Part shown: piece by piece, positions 24,010 to 35,630 of the stretch
Numbering within the stretch: position 1 is the first letter of the stretch
Layout: every line of letters begins with the position of its first letter
Assembly: GCA_030390025.1 (NCBI GenBank)
Contig: CM059431.1
Coordinates: 102,116,001-102,180,000 of the forward strand
Length of the DNA stretch: 64,000 nucleotides
Origin: Squalus acanthias
Lineage: Eukaryota
Reading direction: 5' to 3'
Notes under the pieces: generated by a model
What the model saw: only the letters and a program-made list of their open reading frames with translations
Databases searched by the model: none
What the model was told of the DNA's origin: nothing
Translations under genes and position numbers: made by a program

Positions 24010-24712
24010 TAAAAACAACAACAACTTGCATTTATATAGCACCTTTAACGTAGTAAAATGTCTCGGTGTCAAATTTTGTTTAATAATCGCTCCTGTGAAG
24101 CGCCGCGGGACATAAGAACATAAGAAATAGGAGCAGGAGTAGACCAAGCAGGCTCGAGGGGCCGATTGGCCTACTCCTGCTCCTATTTCTTATGTTCTTA
24201 TGTCCCAAGGCGCTTCACAGGAGCGATTATCAGACAAAATTCGACACTGAACCACATAAGGAGATATTAGGACAGGTGACCAAAAGCTTGGTCAAAGAGG
24301 TCGGTTTTAAGGAGCATCTTAAAGGAGGCGAGAGAGGCGGAGAGGTTTAGGCAGGGAATTCCAGAGCTTAGGGCCCAGGCAACAGAAGGCACGGCCACCA
24401 ATGGTTGAGTGATTATAATCAGGGATGCTCAAGAGGGCAGAATTGGAGGAGCGCAGATATCTCGGGGGGTTGTGGGGCTGGAGGAGATTACAGAGATAGG
24501 GAGGGAGCGAGGCCATGGAGGGATTTGAAAACAAGGTTGAGATTTTAAATCGAGGTGTTGCCGGACCGGGAGCCAATGTAGGTCAGCGAGCACAGGGGGC
24601 GATGGGTGAACGGGGCTCGGTGCGAGTTCGGACACGGGCAGCAGAGTTTCAAACTGAGCTCAAGTTTATGTAGGGTAGAAGACGGAAGGCCGGCCAAGAG
24701 AGCGTTGGAATA
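24010..24712 (-). mobile_element. L2 LINE 3' fragment containing a fold-back CR1 tail
   Basis: L2 motifs on the minus strand; inverted repeat at 24063-24250. Confidence 0.85.
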
Positions 24713-25679
24713 CCTCTAAATCCTTCCGAGCACAAACTAGCTTATGAATTATTGTTCTCTATCCTTCTATTGTGCTGTGTGGAGCATTCAATGTACTTGA
24801 AATGATAAGTTCACGAGAATGTTTTGCCTGAGTTTGGGAAATGCCTCAAATTTGACAGCTTGCGTCCTTGCAGAATTAAACCGGTTAGTCACATATTTAT
24901 TTCAGTGTTGGGCTTTTCCCCAATACCAGAATGTGATCGAACACGAGCCTGTCCTTTCACTTTTCCATTGATTGCCATCATTGATTTCTTTACTGATCTG
25001 CAGAGCACAACACCTGATTCATGCCCTGGGGCCGAGTGTCCGCTCGTTACGTCAGCACAATCCGGGCGGAACCGGCCGAGCCAGTGCCAAAGAGCGGGGA
25101 ATTTTAAACGTAGGTGAGTTACGGCCCCAAATCCACTCGCGCTCGTGTTTTCCGTGATCTTTTATGCTGGTTCGAGATTCGATTCGCGCCGAATCAGGTC
25201 CCGCCCACAAAGCTGGCCACGCCCCCCCCTCCCCCAGGTCGACAACGCGGGATTCCACCGATCGCGCCGGTTCGGGAAGGCTCTTCAAATCGCACTCATT
25301 GTCTTCGACGCACAGGCACCAGTTGGCTTGTTTTAAACTGATTTTTCACATCAAAAAATATTTTATTTACTAAGAAGCTGACTAGTGTACACCAATGAAA
25401 TTATTAAATGGTTCAGCATAGTTTTTTAAAGTCATTTTCAAGTTTTTTTAAATCAGGTTACTCACAGGTGGGGGACTGGACACTCTGATTAAAAATGCTT
25501 AGTTTTGGTGATTTTCAGCCGTGTTAATCAAACTGCACCAGGTCATCGCTCCTAAACACATCGAGGAATACTTTATAATGCAAAGGAAAAAAAGAAACGA
25601 TTCCGTTCTATTATGTTGCCCGATTATGCTGGTTCATGGGAGATTTCCCATTTGTGATTATGCAAATGAATTTTACACA

Positions 25680-26335
25680 GGATTACATAGGATATACGGC
25701 ACAGAAACAGGCCATTCGGCCCAACCAGTCCATGCCGGCGTTTATGCTCCACTCGAGCCTCCTCCCGTCTTTCCTCATCTAACTCCATCAGTACAACTCT
25801 CTATTCCCTTCTCCCTCATATGCTTGTCCAGCCTCCCCTTAAATGTATCTATACTATTCGCTTCAACCACTCCCTGTGGTAGCGAGTTCCACATTCTCAC
25901 CACTCTCTGGGTAAAGAAGTTTCTTCTGAATTCCCTATTGGATTTCTTGGTGACGATCTTATATTGATGGCCTCTAGTTATGCTCTTCCCCACAAGTGGA
26001 AACATTCTCTCCGTATCCACTCTATCAAAACCTTTCATAATTTTAAAGACCTCTATTAGGTCACCCCTCAGCCTTCTCTTTTCAAGAGAAAGGAGACCCA
26101 GCCTGTTCATCCTTTCCTGATATGTATACCCTCGCATTTCTGGTATCATCCTTGTAAATCTTCTCTGCACCCTCTCCAGTGCCTCTATATCCTTTTTATA
26201 ATACGGCGACCAGAACTGTACGCAGCACTCCAAGTGTGGTCTAACCAAGGTTCGATACAGGTTTAGCATAACTTCACTACTTTTCAATTCTATCCCTCTA
26301 GAAATAAACCCTGGTGCCTGGTTTGCCTTTTTTAT
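25680..26335 (-). mobile_element. CR1 LINE 3' fragment
   Basis: ORF 25775-26287: LNLYRTLVRPHLE..WNSLPQ. Confidence 0.92.
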
Positions 26336-27237
26336 GGAATTTTAGTGAAAACTTGAACTGCAATCTCCCCGCCGCAATTTCAAACGCATTTTGGGCGCAA
26401 TCGGGAAATTCTACCCCACTGTTCTTAAATAGACCGTCAAAATTTATTCAAACAATTTTTTGGCAGAGCAGCAGATGGCTGAGAACGCATGCTTAAAACA
26501 CGGGAATGGTGACACAGTCACAGCTATTCAGACACCTTTAGGTGGCTTGTAATTTTTTCAAATCACAAAATCCTCCTGTTTTCCACAGAATTGGTTTGAT
26601 AATCAGCGTGTGCTGGAATGAACTGGAGGCATCGTTAAATTCAACCCCCTGCTCCGCCTCCCCAGCTCAGCACTGCAACAGCACTGGGTCAAACTCACTC
26701 CCCTGTACTTAGTCTGAATTATGATAATGGCTGCTGCGCTTACCATAATTATTCTGCTCTTGTAAAATTAATCTCCCACTTCTGCATAATCAGCGGTCGC
26801 CTCTAAATAATTCAGCCTGAAGTGGAAGCCAGACTCCCAGTTTAACCCAGGGGCCGCTGATCTCTTCCCCTCAGCCCTCCTTTCCCTGATTCCCACCCCA
26901 GCCTGCGTCACTACAACCCTCTCCTACTGCACCCTAGCCCTGGGATCACCCCGATTCCCTGACAAAATAGTCACGCCTGTAACTTAAAATGAAAATGTGC
27001 TAATATATATTTTAAAAAAAGATTTCGAGTGTTAAGCTGCAAAAAGAATACCACGCCGAACTGGGCAGGGTTTACACCAAGCCCGTCAGGCAACAGACTA
27101 CTCGCTCGTAACTGCGGCTTTTGTGAGTTATCTGCGCCTCACTCTGTAGGACTAAAGGTTCCCACCGGGTACAAGTCACTCATTGTCTGGTGCTTGTTCA
27201 TCGTAGCATTTACACGCCCACTAACTCCGAGTTCAGA

Positions 27238-28162
27238 AAAGAAAGAAAGACTTGCATTTATATAGCGCCTTTCACGACCACCGGACATCCCAAAGCGCTT
27301 TACAGCCAATGAAGTACTTTTACTGTTGCAAGATCCCACAAACAGCAATGAGATAAATGACCAGATCATTTGTTTTTTTAGTGATGTTGGTTGAGGGATA
27401 AATATTGGCCCCAGGACACCAGGGAGAACTTCCCTGCTCTTCTTCAAAATAATGGGAATGGGATCTTTGACATCCACCTGAGGGGGCAGACAGGGCCTCG
27501 GTTTAACGTCTCATCTGAAAGACGGCACCTCCGACAGTGCAGCGCTCCCTCAGTACTGCCCCTCCGACAGTGCAGCGCTCCCTCGGTACTGCCCCTCCGA
27601 CAGTGCAGCGCTCCCTCAGTACTGCCCCTCCGACAGTGCAGCGCTCCCTCAGTACTGCCCCTCCGACAGTGCAGCACTCCCTCAGTACCGCCCCTCCGAC
27701 AGTGCGGCGCTCCCTCAGTACTGCCTCTCTGACAGTGCGGCGCTCCCTCAGTACCGCCCCTCCGACAGTGCAGCGCTCCCTCAGTACCGCCCCTCCGACA
27801 GTGCGGCGCTCCCTCAGTACTGCCCCTCCAACAGTGCGGCACTCCCTCAGTACTGCCCCTCCGACAGTGTGGCACTCCCTCAGTACCGCCCCTCCGACAG
27901 TGCAGGACTCCCTCAGTACTGACCCTCCGACAGTGCGGCGCTCCCTTAGTACTGCCCCTCCAACAGTGCAGCACTCCCTCAGTACCGCCCCTCTGACAGT
28001 GCGGCGCTCCCTCAGTACTGGCCCTCTGACAGTGCGGCGCTCCCTCAGTACTGCACTGGGAGTCAGCCTGGGATTTGGGGCTCAAGTTGCTGGAGTGGGA
28101 CTTGAACCCACAACCTTCTGACTCAGAGGTGAGGGTGTTGCCCACTGAGCCACAGCTGACAC
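27238..28162 (-). mobile_element. Deu-domain SINE with about 16 tandem copies of an internal 33-bp unit
   Basis: tRNA head at 28060-28162, array at 27529-28053, then core and tail. Confidence 0.9.
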
Positions 28163-28739
28163 TGAGTTGCCAGCTCCATTCACCTGTGCAGACCCAAGCA
28201 GGCCTGTCATTGTACTGTGTACAGTCTCCGTGTAACACACACGTGGAAGTGGACATCAATCCAGTCCAACCTCATTATGGCAAAGCCTTCTGTGTTATAA
28301 AAAGGCTCGCTTGGCATAGTGAGCGTCCTAAAACACTGCGTCATTACAACTCGGGTTGGATGTATTCCTGTTGCCTTTAGCCTCGTTAAACTATCCAACT
28401 AAAGAACTTCCAGGATATAAACATTCGCTACGATTTAACCATCAGTAAAATGTTAACGTGCAAAGTAGCATCAACGGAATGTACAGAACCACTGGCCGTG
28501 TTGTTAGTTGTGGTGCAGTGTTAGCCAACGTACGGAGGTTACAGCACGGAAACCAGTCCGTGTCGCCGTTCACCCTCCACACGAGCAAACAGTCCCAATC
28601 ACATTTTACCCGCCCTGTGCCCCTATCCCTTCCTCTCCTTTTCCTTCATATCCCCGTCTCTCCAATCTAACGTCGAATGTCACCATAGCTTCTGCCTCAA
28701 TCACTAGCCCTGGGAGTGAATTCCACAGCCTCACAGCTC

Positions 28740-28824
28740 TGTGTGTGTGAGTGTGAGTGTGAGTGTCTGTGTGTGTGTGTGTCTGTGTGAGTGTGTGTGT
28801 GTCTGTGTGTGTGTGTGTGTGTGT

Positions 28825-28856
<32 letters not shown>

Positions 28857-28862
28857 CTGTGT

Positions 28863-28896
<34 letters not shown>

Positions 28897-28992
28897 CTGT
28901 GTGAGTGTGTGTGTGTGTGTTTCTGTGTGTGTGTGTGTGTGTGTGAGTGTGTGTGTGTGTCTGTGTGAGAGAGAGAGAGAGTGTGTGTGTGG

Positions 28993-29024
<32 letters not shown>

Positions 29025-29090
29025 GTGTCTGTGTCTGTGTGTGAGAGTGTGTGCGTGTGTGTGTGTCTGTGTCTGTGTGTGTGTGTGTGT
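28740..29090. repeat. Compound (GT)n/(GA)n microsatellite
   Basis: Direct reading; it interrupts a degenerate CR1 fragment. Confidence 0.97.
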
Positions 29091-29364
29091 TTAAAGAAGT
29101 TTCTCCTGCCCTCTCTTCTAAATCTCTTACATTTAATCTCCTATCTCTGGCCTCTCATTCTTGACCCCCACCCCCACTTCTAAAAACTGCCTGCCTCTAT
29201 CTACCCTGTCCCATCCTTTCACCACTTTAAACACTTCTATCATTCGCCTTGTAATCTGCATAACAACAGACCCAATTTTTCAAGTCTCAGATGCTGCGTG
29301 TAAATTTGCGCTGTACCCTCTCTCTCAAGCCTCAACGCCCAATATTGCACACAGTAATCATTCT

Positions 29365-29695
29365 TTTTATTCATTCCTGGGATGTGGGCGTTGCTGACCA
29401 GGCCAGCATTTATTGCCCATCCCTAATTGCCGAGAAGGTGGTGGTGAGCCGCCTTGAACCGCTGCAGTCCGTGTGGTGTGTCGTAGCGGTTTGATACAAT
29501 TGAGTGTCTCGCTGGGCCATTTCAGAGGGCAGTTAAGAGTCAACCACATTGCTGTGGGTCTGGAGTCACATATAGGCCAGACCAGGGTAAAGACGGCAGA
29601 TTTCCTTCCCTAGAGGACATTAGTGAACCAGATGGGTTTTTACAACAATCCGATAGTTTACTAGTCCAGTAACATAACCACCATGCTACTGTACC
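29365..29695 (-). mobile_element. tRNA-derived SINE (family 2), internally deleted
   Basis: Similar to 3900-4347. Confidence 0.75.
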
Positions 29696-29829
29696 TATTT
29701 GTGAATAATATTATTTACATTTTGATCTCATTTCAGCATTGGGCAAAATTATTAGAGGAGGTGAGATGTGCCACGGGAAACTTTGGACTTTAGCATTGAT
29801 TACTGCAACAAGAGTTGATGCACTTGTCT

Positions 29830-30166
29830 AGTCCAGTCCCAGCCCCAGCCAGTCCCAGCCTGTCCCGTACCGGCCTAGCCCAGCTCGTTCCGGCCCGTCT
29901 CGTCCAGTCCCAGTCCCAGCCAGTCCCAGCCCGTCCCATCCCATCCCATCTCAGCCCCAGCCCAGCCCAGCCTGTCCCGGCCCAGCCCAGCTCGTTCCGG
30001 CCCGTCTCGTCCAGTCCCAGTTCCAGTCCCAGCCCAGCTCGATTCATCCTGTCCCATCCCATCCCATCCCAGCCCAGCCCGTCCCATCCCATCCCATCTC
30101 AGCCCCAGCCCAGCCCAGCCCAGCCCATCCCATCCCAGCCCAGCTCGTCCCGTCCCAGCCCAGCCC
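29830..30166. repeat. (CCCAG)n/(CCCAT)n pentamer repeat with a higher-order duplication
   Basis: Direct reading; the block cagctcgttccggcccgtctcgtccagtccc occurs twice. Confidence 0.9.
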
Positions 30167-30219
30167 AAGAGTCATGGAATGTACTGAAAACCTTTCTCCA
30201 CTCAGATTGATTGCCGTAC

Positions 30220-30457
30220 CTCTGGAGTCTCTGAAGTCCACATGGGTGGGCGGGTAGTGCTTGCAGAGCCGCTCCAGAATCTGCTTGTAATGCATCAGTC
30301 TGTGGAGGGGCCTCAGGAAAAATATGTTCAGGGGAAGGTAACAGACTTTCTGCTGCTCAAAGTCCCGGCATACTGCCTCCAGCTTCCGGGAGTTCCTGAT
30401 GGCTTTCTCCAGCTCCATCAAAATGTCATTGTGCTTCTGCAGGTGGACTGTCAGTTG
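30220..30457 (-). CDS. FARP1: FARP1 coding exon (DH domain)
   Basis: ctctttgaag|CAA CTG...TCC AGA G|gtacgg; 238 nt, phase 0 to 1; QLTVHLQKH...DFEQQKVCYLPLNIFFLRPLHRLMHYKQILERLCKHYPPTHVDFRDSR. Confidence 0.95.
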
Positions 30458-30621
30458 CTTCAAAGAGAATGAATGAACAGAGCACGATGAGCCGGGGCAC
30501 ATGGTGAACATGCTGTCAGCACAGAGCCGCGATACTCGGAGCGCTAATTAGTTTCCTTTCTACTCTCGGATGTTGGGGCTGAAGAAACATCTGCTCGGTT
30601 TTTGCCTACAGTCATAAAGTG

Positions 30622-30958
30622 CGTGTGTGTGTGTATATAGGTAGGTGTGTGTGTGTAGGTGTGAGTGTGTGTGTAGGTGTGAGTGTGTGTGTGTGTAGGT
30701 GTGAGTGTGTGTGTAGGTGTGTGTGTGTGTGGGTGTGTGTGTCTATGGGTGTGTAGGTGTGAGTGTGTGTGTGTGTGTGTGGGTGTGTGTGTCTATGGGT
30801 GTGTAGGTGTGTGTGTGGGTGTGTGTCTATGTGTGTAGGTGTGTGTGTGTGTCTATGGGTGTGTAGGTGTGTGGGTGTGTAGGTGTGTGTGTGTGTCTAT
30901 GGGTGTGTAGGTGTGTGTGTGGGTGTGTAGGTATGTGTGTATTGGTGTGTGTGAGTGT
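30622..30958. repeat. GT-rich compound repeat (gtgtgtag/gtctatgg)
   Basis: Direct reading. Confidence 0.93.
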
Positions 30959-30964
30959 ATATTT

Positions 30965-31320
30965 TCAAGATTCAAGATGATGAGAGGTTTTGATAGAGTA
31001 GAGAGAGAAAAACTATTCACTCTGGTGAGTGGATCAATAACCAGAGGTATTAGATTTAAAATCATTGGCAAAGGATCTAGAGGGGAGATGAGGAGAAATC
31101 TTTTCACTCAGAGAGTTGTGGGGATCTGGAACGCTCGACCTGAAAAGCTGGTGGAAGCTGATTCCATCAATAAGTTTAAGAGGGAGTTGGACGGTTCTGG
31201 AGGATGAGGAGCTCACAGGGTTACGGACAAGAAGCGAGCGATGCGGGACTGAGCACAACTGCTCTTTCAAAGAGCCAGCACAGGCACGACGGGCCGAATG
31301 GTCTCCTTCTGTGCTGTAAG
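30965..31320 (+). mobile_element. CR1 LINE 3' fragment
   Basis: FKMMRGFDRV..FTQRVVGIWNA; tail gggccgaatgg. Confidence 0.82.
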
Positions 31321-31347
31321 TTATTTATGTGTATGAGTATATAAAAA

Positions 31348-31817
31348 TAAAAGAAAGACTTGCATTTCTACAGCGCTTTACACGACTTCAGGACGTCTCA
31401 AAGAGCTTTGCAGCCAATGAAGTACTTTTTGAAGTGTAGTCACTGTTGTAATGTGGGAAACGCAGCAGCCAATCTGCGCACAACAAGCTCCCACAAACAG
31501 CAATGTGATAATGACCAGATAATCTGCTTTAGTGATGCTGATTGAGGGATAAATATTGGCCAGGACACCAGGGGATAACTTCCCTGCTCTTCTTCAAAAT
31601 AGTGCCGTGGGATCTTTTACGTCCACCTGAGAGAGAAGACGGGGACCTCGGTTTAACATCTCATCTGAAAAACAGCACCTCTGACAGTGCAGCGCTCCCT
31701 CAGCACTGCATTGGAGTGTTGGCCTGGATTTTGTGCTCAAGTCTCTGGAGTGGGACTTGAACCCACAACCTTCTGACTCAGAGGCGAGGGTGCTGCCCAC
31801 TGAGACCACGGCTGACA
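31348..31817 (-). mobile_element. Deu-domain SINE, full length
   Basis: Head, core and tail as in the other copies. Confidence 0.88.
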
Positions 31818-31894
31818 TTATACTCAATGTAAACACGGTAAAATAACTTTTGAAATAGTTGATATAAACAATTTCCGTGCATGTGGACACACAC

Positions 31895-31976
31895 CTTCAT
31901 AGAACGCAGGTTTTTCAGCATCACATCTCCGATCCTTTGGTAATCTCCTTTAATATGGGCATTGGACCTTCCTTCC
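31895..31976 (-). CDS. FARP1: FARP1 coding exon (DH domain)
   Basis: ctgacag|G GAA GGA...ATG AAG|gtgtgt; 82 nt, phase 2 to 0; (W)EGRSNAHIKGDYQRIGDVMLKNLRSMK. Confidence 0.94.
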
Positions 31977-32419
31977 CTGTCAGTGCACGGAGAAATAAAA
32001 TGTATATTATACTATGAAATGTATTAACAACAATGAATACCGAAAGCTTCGTATAACTTTAAAGATCAATGTTATCTATCACAAAGCCCTCACAAAAACA
32101 ATTAAAAAAATTCTTATCAACAAAAATTACAAAACATTAGCACTTTTAAAAATTTACAGTGCTTTAAATATTGTTTTCAAAATCGTAATATTGATATAGT
32201 TTTATCTTTCCTATTCCTCTTATATTCTAAATGTGTTGTCCCATTCTATCTTCCTTCGCCCTCCGTCATATTATCTACTACTCCAACTCATTCATTCCTG
32301 AGACTGTGCACCTGCTCAGCGCCCCAGTCCCTCCTCCAACCCACAGGCTTTTAAAACCCAAGACTGCTGACTGTTGATTTATCTGATCTGCTCCTTTCAA
32401 TTCAGCTTGGTGTTCTGCG

Positions 32420-32705
32420 GCGAGTGACTCGCCTCCTGACTCCCCAAAGCCTTTCCACAATCTACAAGGCACAAGTCAGGAGTGTGATGGAATACTCTCC
32501 ACTTGCCTGGATGAGTTGCAGCTCCAACAACACTCAAGAAGCTCGACACCATCCAAGACAAAGCAGCCCGCTTGATTGGCACCCCATCCACCACCTTAAA
32601 CATTCACTCCCTCCACCACCGGCGTACCGTGGCTGCAGTGTGTACCATCTACAAGATGCACTGCAGCAACTCGCCAAGGTTTCTTCGACAGCAACTCCCA
32701 AACCC
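32420..32705 (+). mobile_element. Jockey/CR1-group LINE fragment
   Basis: LLTPQSLSTIYKAQVRSVMEYSPLAW. Confidence 0.8.
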
Positions 32706-32764
32706 ACATCACATGAATGAACAAAAAAAAATCTTAATGCATTATGGGCTTTGGACTTCCACCA

Positions 32765-33148
32765 TGTTTACAGCCAGAAGGCTGCAAAGTGCTTAATGGA
32801 AAGATGAGGTGCTGTTCCTCGAGCTTGCGTTGAGCTTCACTGGAACACCGTAGGAGGACGAGGACAGAGTGGGCAGAGTGAGCGTGGGATGGAGAATTAA
32901 AGCTCTACTTTTGCCTTATACCATCATCCCTTTTGCCATTTAATCACTCCTGTTCTCCACCCTATCGCAGACCTTCCCTTTTGTTCTTCCCTCCCCCTTT
33001 CCCTGCCCCTGCACTTGCTTGAAAGATGTTAAATCTCTAAATTCGTCCAGTTCCGACGAAAAGTCACAGACCTGAAACGTTAACTCTGTTTCTCTCTCCA
33101 AGGATGCTGCCCGACCTGCCGAGCGTTTCCAGCATTTTTGGTTTTTAT
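32765..33148. mobile_element. Penelope-like element remnant: inverted endonuclease C-terminus plus terminal segment
   Basis: Minus strand 32765-32901 reads FNSPSHAHSAHSVLVLLRCSSEAQRKLEEQHLIFPLSTLQPSG; plus strand 33050-33148 has cCGACGAaaagtcacagacctGAAACGTT. Confidence 0.72.
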
Positions 33149-33345
33149 GCCACATTGCTGTTCATTGTTACATTTAAGAGATAGAAATAACTGGGATTAT
33201 CAGCCTTGGGCAGAACACTCTAAACTTAAACTTACACTGTGGGAAATGTGCCCCAAATGCTCTCAGTCACTCTTCAGTTATGAAGTTACTTCCTTGCATA
33301 AGGAGCTATCGCTCTCAGAGCAAACCTCAAACACAATCTTTTAAT

Positions 33346-33478
33346 GTGACGAAGGGTCATCGACCTGAAACGTTAACTCTGTTTCTCTCTCCACGGATGC
33401 TGCCTGACCTGCTGAGTGTTTCCAGCATTCTCTGTTTATATTTCAGATCTCCGACCTCCGCAGTATTTTGCCTTTTGT
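33346..33478 (+). mobile_element. Penelope-like terminal fragment with hammerhead-like core
   Basis: gTGACGAagggtcatcgacctGAAACGTTaactctgtttctctctccacggatgctgcc. Confidence 0.7.
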
Positions 33479-34261
33479 ATTACAATGTTTTAATAGACGT
33501 GGACTGCCTTTGATCACCTCCCGCGATCCTTAAATTCAGCATTGTACTGACTTAGCACGTTTTTGGAAACTAACTTGGTTAAGGGGGAAAAAATCTTGCA
33601 ACGAAAAGAGTTTTCCTTAAAAAGTAATGGCTTTGTTTCAAGACAATTGATTCTGAATACTTACAAACCGTAAAGTGTTTGTTTTGTCTCCTGCACCAGT
33701 TTGTAACATTCTGGTTTGCGAATATCTACTTATTAACTGCAGCATGGGGTATAATTCACTACTGTCAGCTTCCTGGTTTTGTTACAGGATGATCATTAGC
33801 CAAAACCTAAATAGCTAAAAATAGGTTTCCAATTAAAGTTTTATGATGAATATTTGCAAATCGTTTTCATTGCACCAGGGATCGCTAAACGATAAAACTA
33901 ACAACCTTGCAAGTGTTTTACAGTGGGGACCTCGCCATGTCAATTTGACCAACGTGACTGAAAGTTGTGCATTACACAAAAGGCAAAATGCTATTTACTG
34001 AAGTACAGCTGTAGAACATCTGGAAAGTGTGAGCCAGACAAAGGCTGGATTGACATTTAGTAAAAGTTCCAAAACCCAACAGTAAAACCAAGGACTGTTT
34101 TCATGACGTGGTGACCGCTTGAGTCGTGCTCACATCAAGGGATTCCTGGCTCCCAGGTAGGAAGCAGGAACCGGCCCTTTTTCGCAGAACCAGCCCTGAG
34201 TACGTTTGAAAATGGGCTCGGAAAGGTCATAAAAATAAAGGCTTAATCAGAGAATGATACA

Positions 34262-34409
34262 AAAGTGAGGAGTTGCACAACACCAGGTTATAGTCCAACA
34301 GCTTTATTTGAAATTCAAATTTGGATTTCAAATAAAGCTATTGGACTATAACCTGGTGTTGTGCGACTCCTCACTTTTGTCCACCCCAGTCCAACACCGG
34401 CATCTCCGC
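34262..34409 (+). mobile_element. Second, shorter fold-back Penelope-like mini-element with a 16-bp TSD
   Basis: Same arms and tail as 19802-20018; TSD atcagagaatgataca at 34246-34261 and 34410-34425. Confidence 0.8.
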
Positions 34410-34715
34410 ATCAGAGAATGATACAGCACAGGAGGAGGCCATTCGGCCCATCGTGCCTGTGCCGGCTCTTTGAAAGAGCTCTCCAATTAGTCCCACTCCC
34501 CCCCCTGCTCTTTCCCCGTAGCCCTGCAAATTTTTCCTGTTCGAGTATTTATCCAATTCATTGCACCAGGGATCGCTATCCAATTTTGAAAGTTACTGTT
34601 GAATCTGCTTCCACCGCCCTTTCAGGCAGCGCGTTCCAGATCACAACAACTCGCTGCGTAAAAAAGATTCTCCTCATCTCCCTTCTGCTTCTTTTGCCAG
34701 TTACCTTGAATCTGT
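34410..34715 (-). mobile_element. CR1 LINE 3' fragment
   Basis: HRFKVTGKR..FFTQRVVVIWNALPE. Confidence 0.82.
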
Positions 34716-35064
34716 GCCAAAGTGCGGCACATAATCCTGTTATTAATGTGGACACTAGGAAGCAGTTGTGGCAATACAAAAACGCAGGAAAATGGTGCTC
34801 TATTGCTCACCCCAGAATTTCCTTTACCTTCACTTCACTCATGGGCTAAAAATATCCGACAGAGAAATTCCTAATGATGAATGTCTGTGCTTTGAATTAG
34901 GACCCAGCTGGCAGCTATTCTGACCAGTACTGCTTGTTTTTTTTTTAAAAAGCTATTTTTAAAGCCTAATATTTTTTGACGCCCATCCATTGACTCCAAC
35001 CAAAGAGCCTCACAGACAAATCAATTTTTGTAGAATCATAGAATGATGCAGCACAGAAGAAGGC

Positions 35065-35630
35065 CGCCTCCTGACTCCCCAAAGCCTTTCCACCATCTAC
35101 AAGGCACAAGTCAGGAGTGTGATGGAATACTCTCCACTTGCCTGGATGAGTTGCAGCTCCAACAACACTCAAGAAGCTCGACACCATCCAGGACAAAGCA
35201 GCCCGCTTGATTGGCACCCCATCCACCACCTTAAACATTCACTCCCTCCACCACCGGCGCACCGTGGCTGCAGTGTGTACCATCTACAAGATGCACTGCA
35301 GCAACTCGCCAAGGCTTCTTCGACAGCACCTCCCAAACCCGTGACCTCTTCCACCTAGAAGGACGAGGGCAGCAGGCGCATGGGAACACCACCGCCTCCA
35401 AGTTCCCCTCCAAGTCACACACCATCCTGACTTGGAAATATATCGCCGATCCTTCATAGTCAAAATCCTGGGACTCTTTCCCTAACAGCACTGTGGGAGC
35501 ACCTTCACCACACGGACTGCAGCAGTTCAAGAAGGCGGCTCACCACCACCTTCTCAAGGGCAATTAGGGATGGGCAATAAATGCTGGCCTTGCCAGCGAC
35601 GCCCACATCCTGTGAACGAATAAAAAAAAA
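35065..35630 (+). mobile_element. Jockey/CR1-group LINE 3' fragment nested in a CR1 tail
   Basis: YKAQVRSVMEYSPLAW..; ends aataaatgctggccttgccagcgacgcccacatcctgtgaacgaat(a)n. Confidence 0.82.

Noticed and set aside
27529..28053. 33-bp repeats with partial dyad symmetry resembling a CRISPR array (also 22010-22412 and 42795-43336)
   Set aside because: The units are head-to-tail with no unique spacers, lie inside SINEs in a vertebrate intron, and there are no cas genes.
28060..28162. tRNA-like sequence with A and B boxes (also in the other SINE heads)
   Set aside because: It is continuous with SINE bodies, so it is not a stand-alone tRNA gene.
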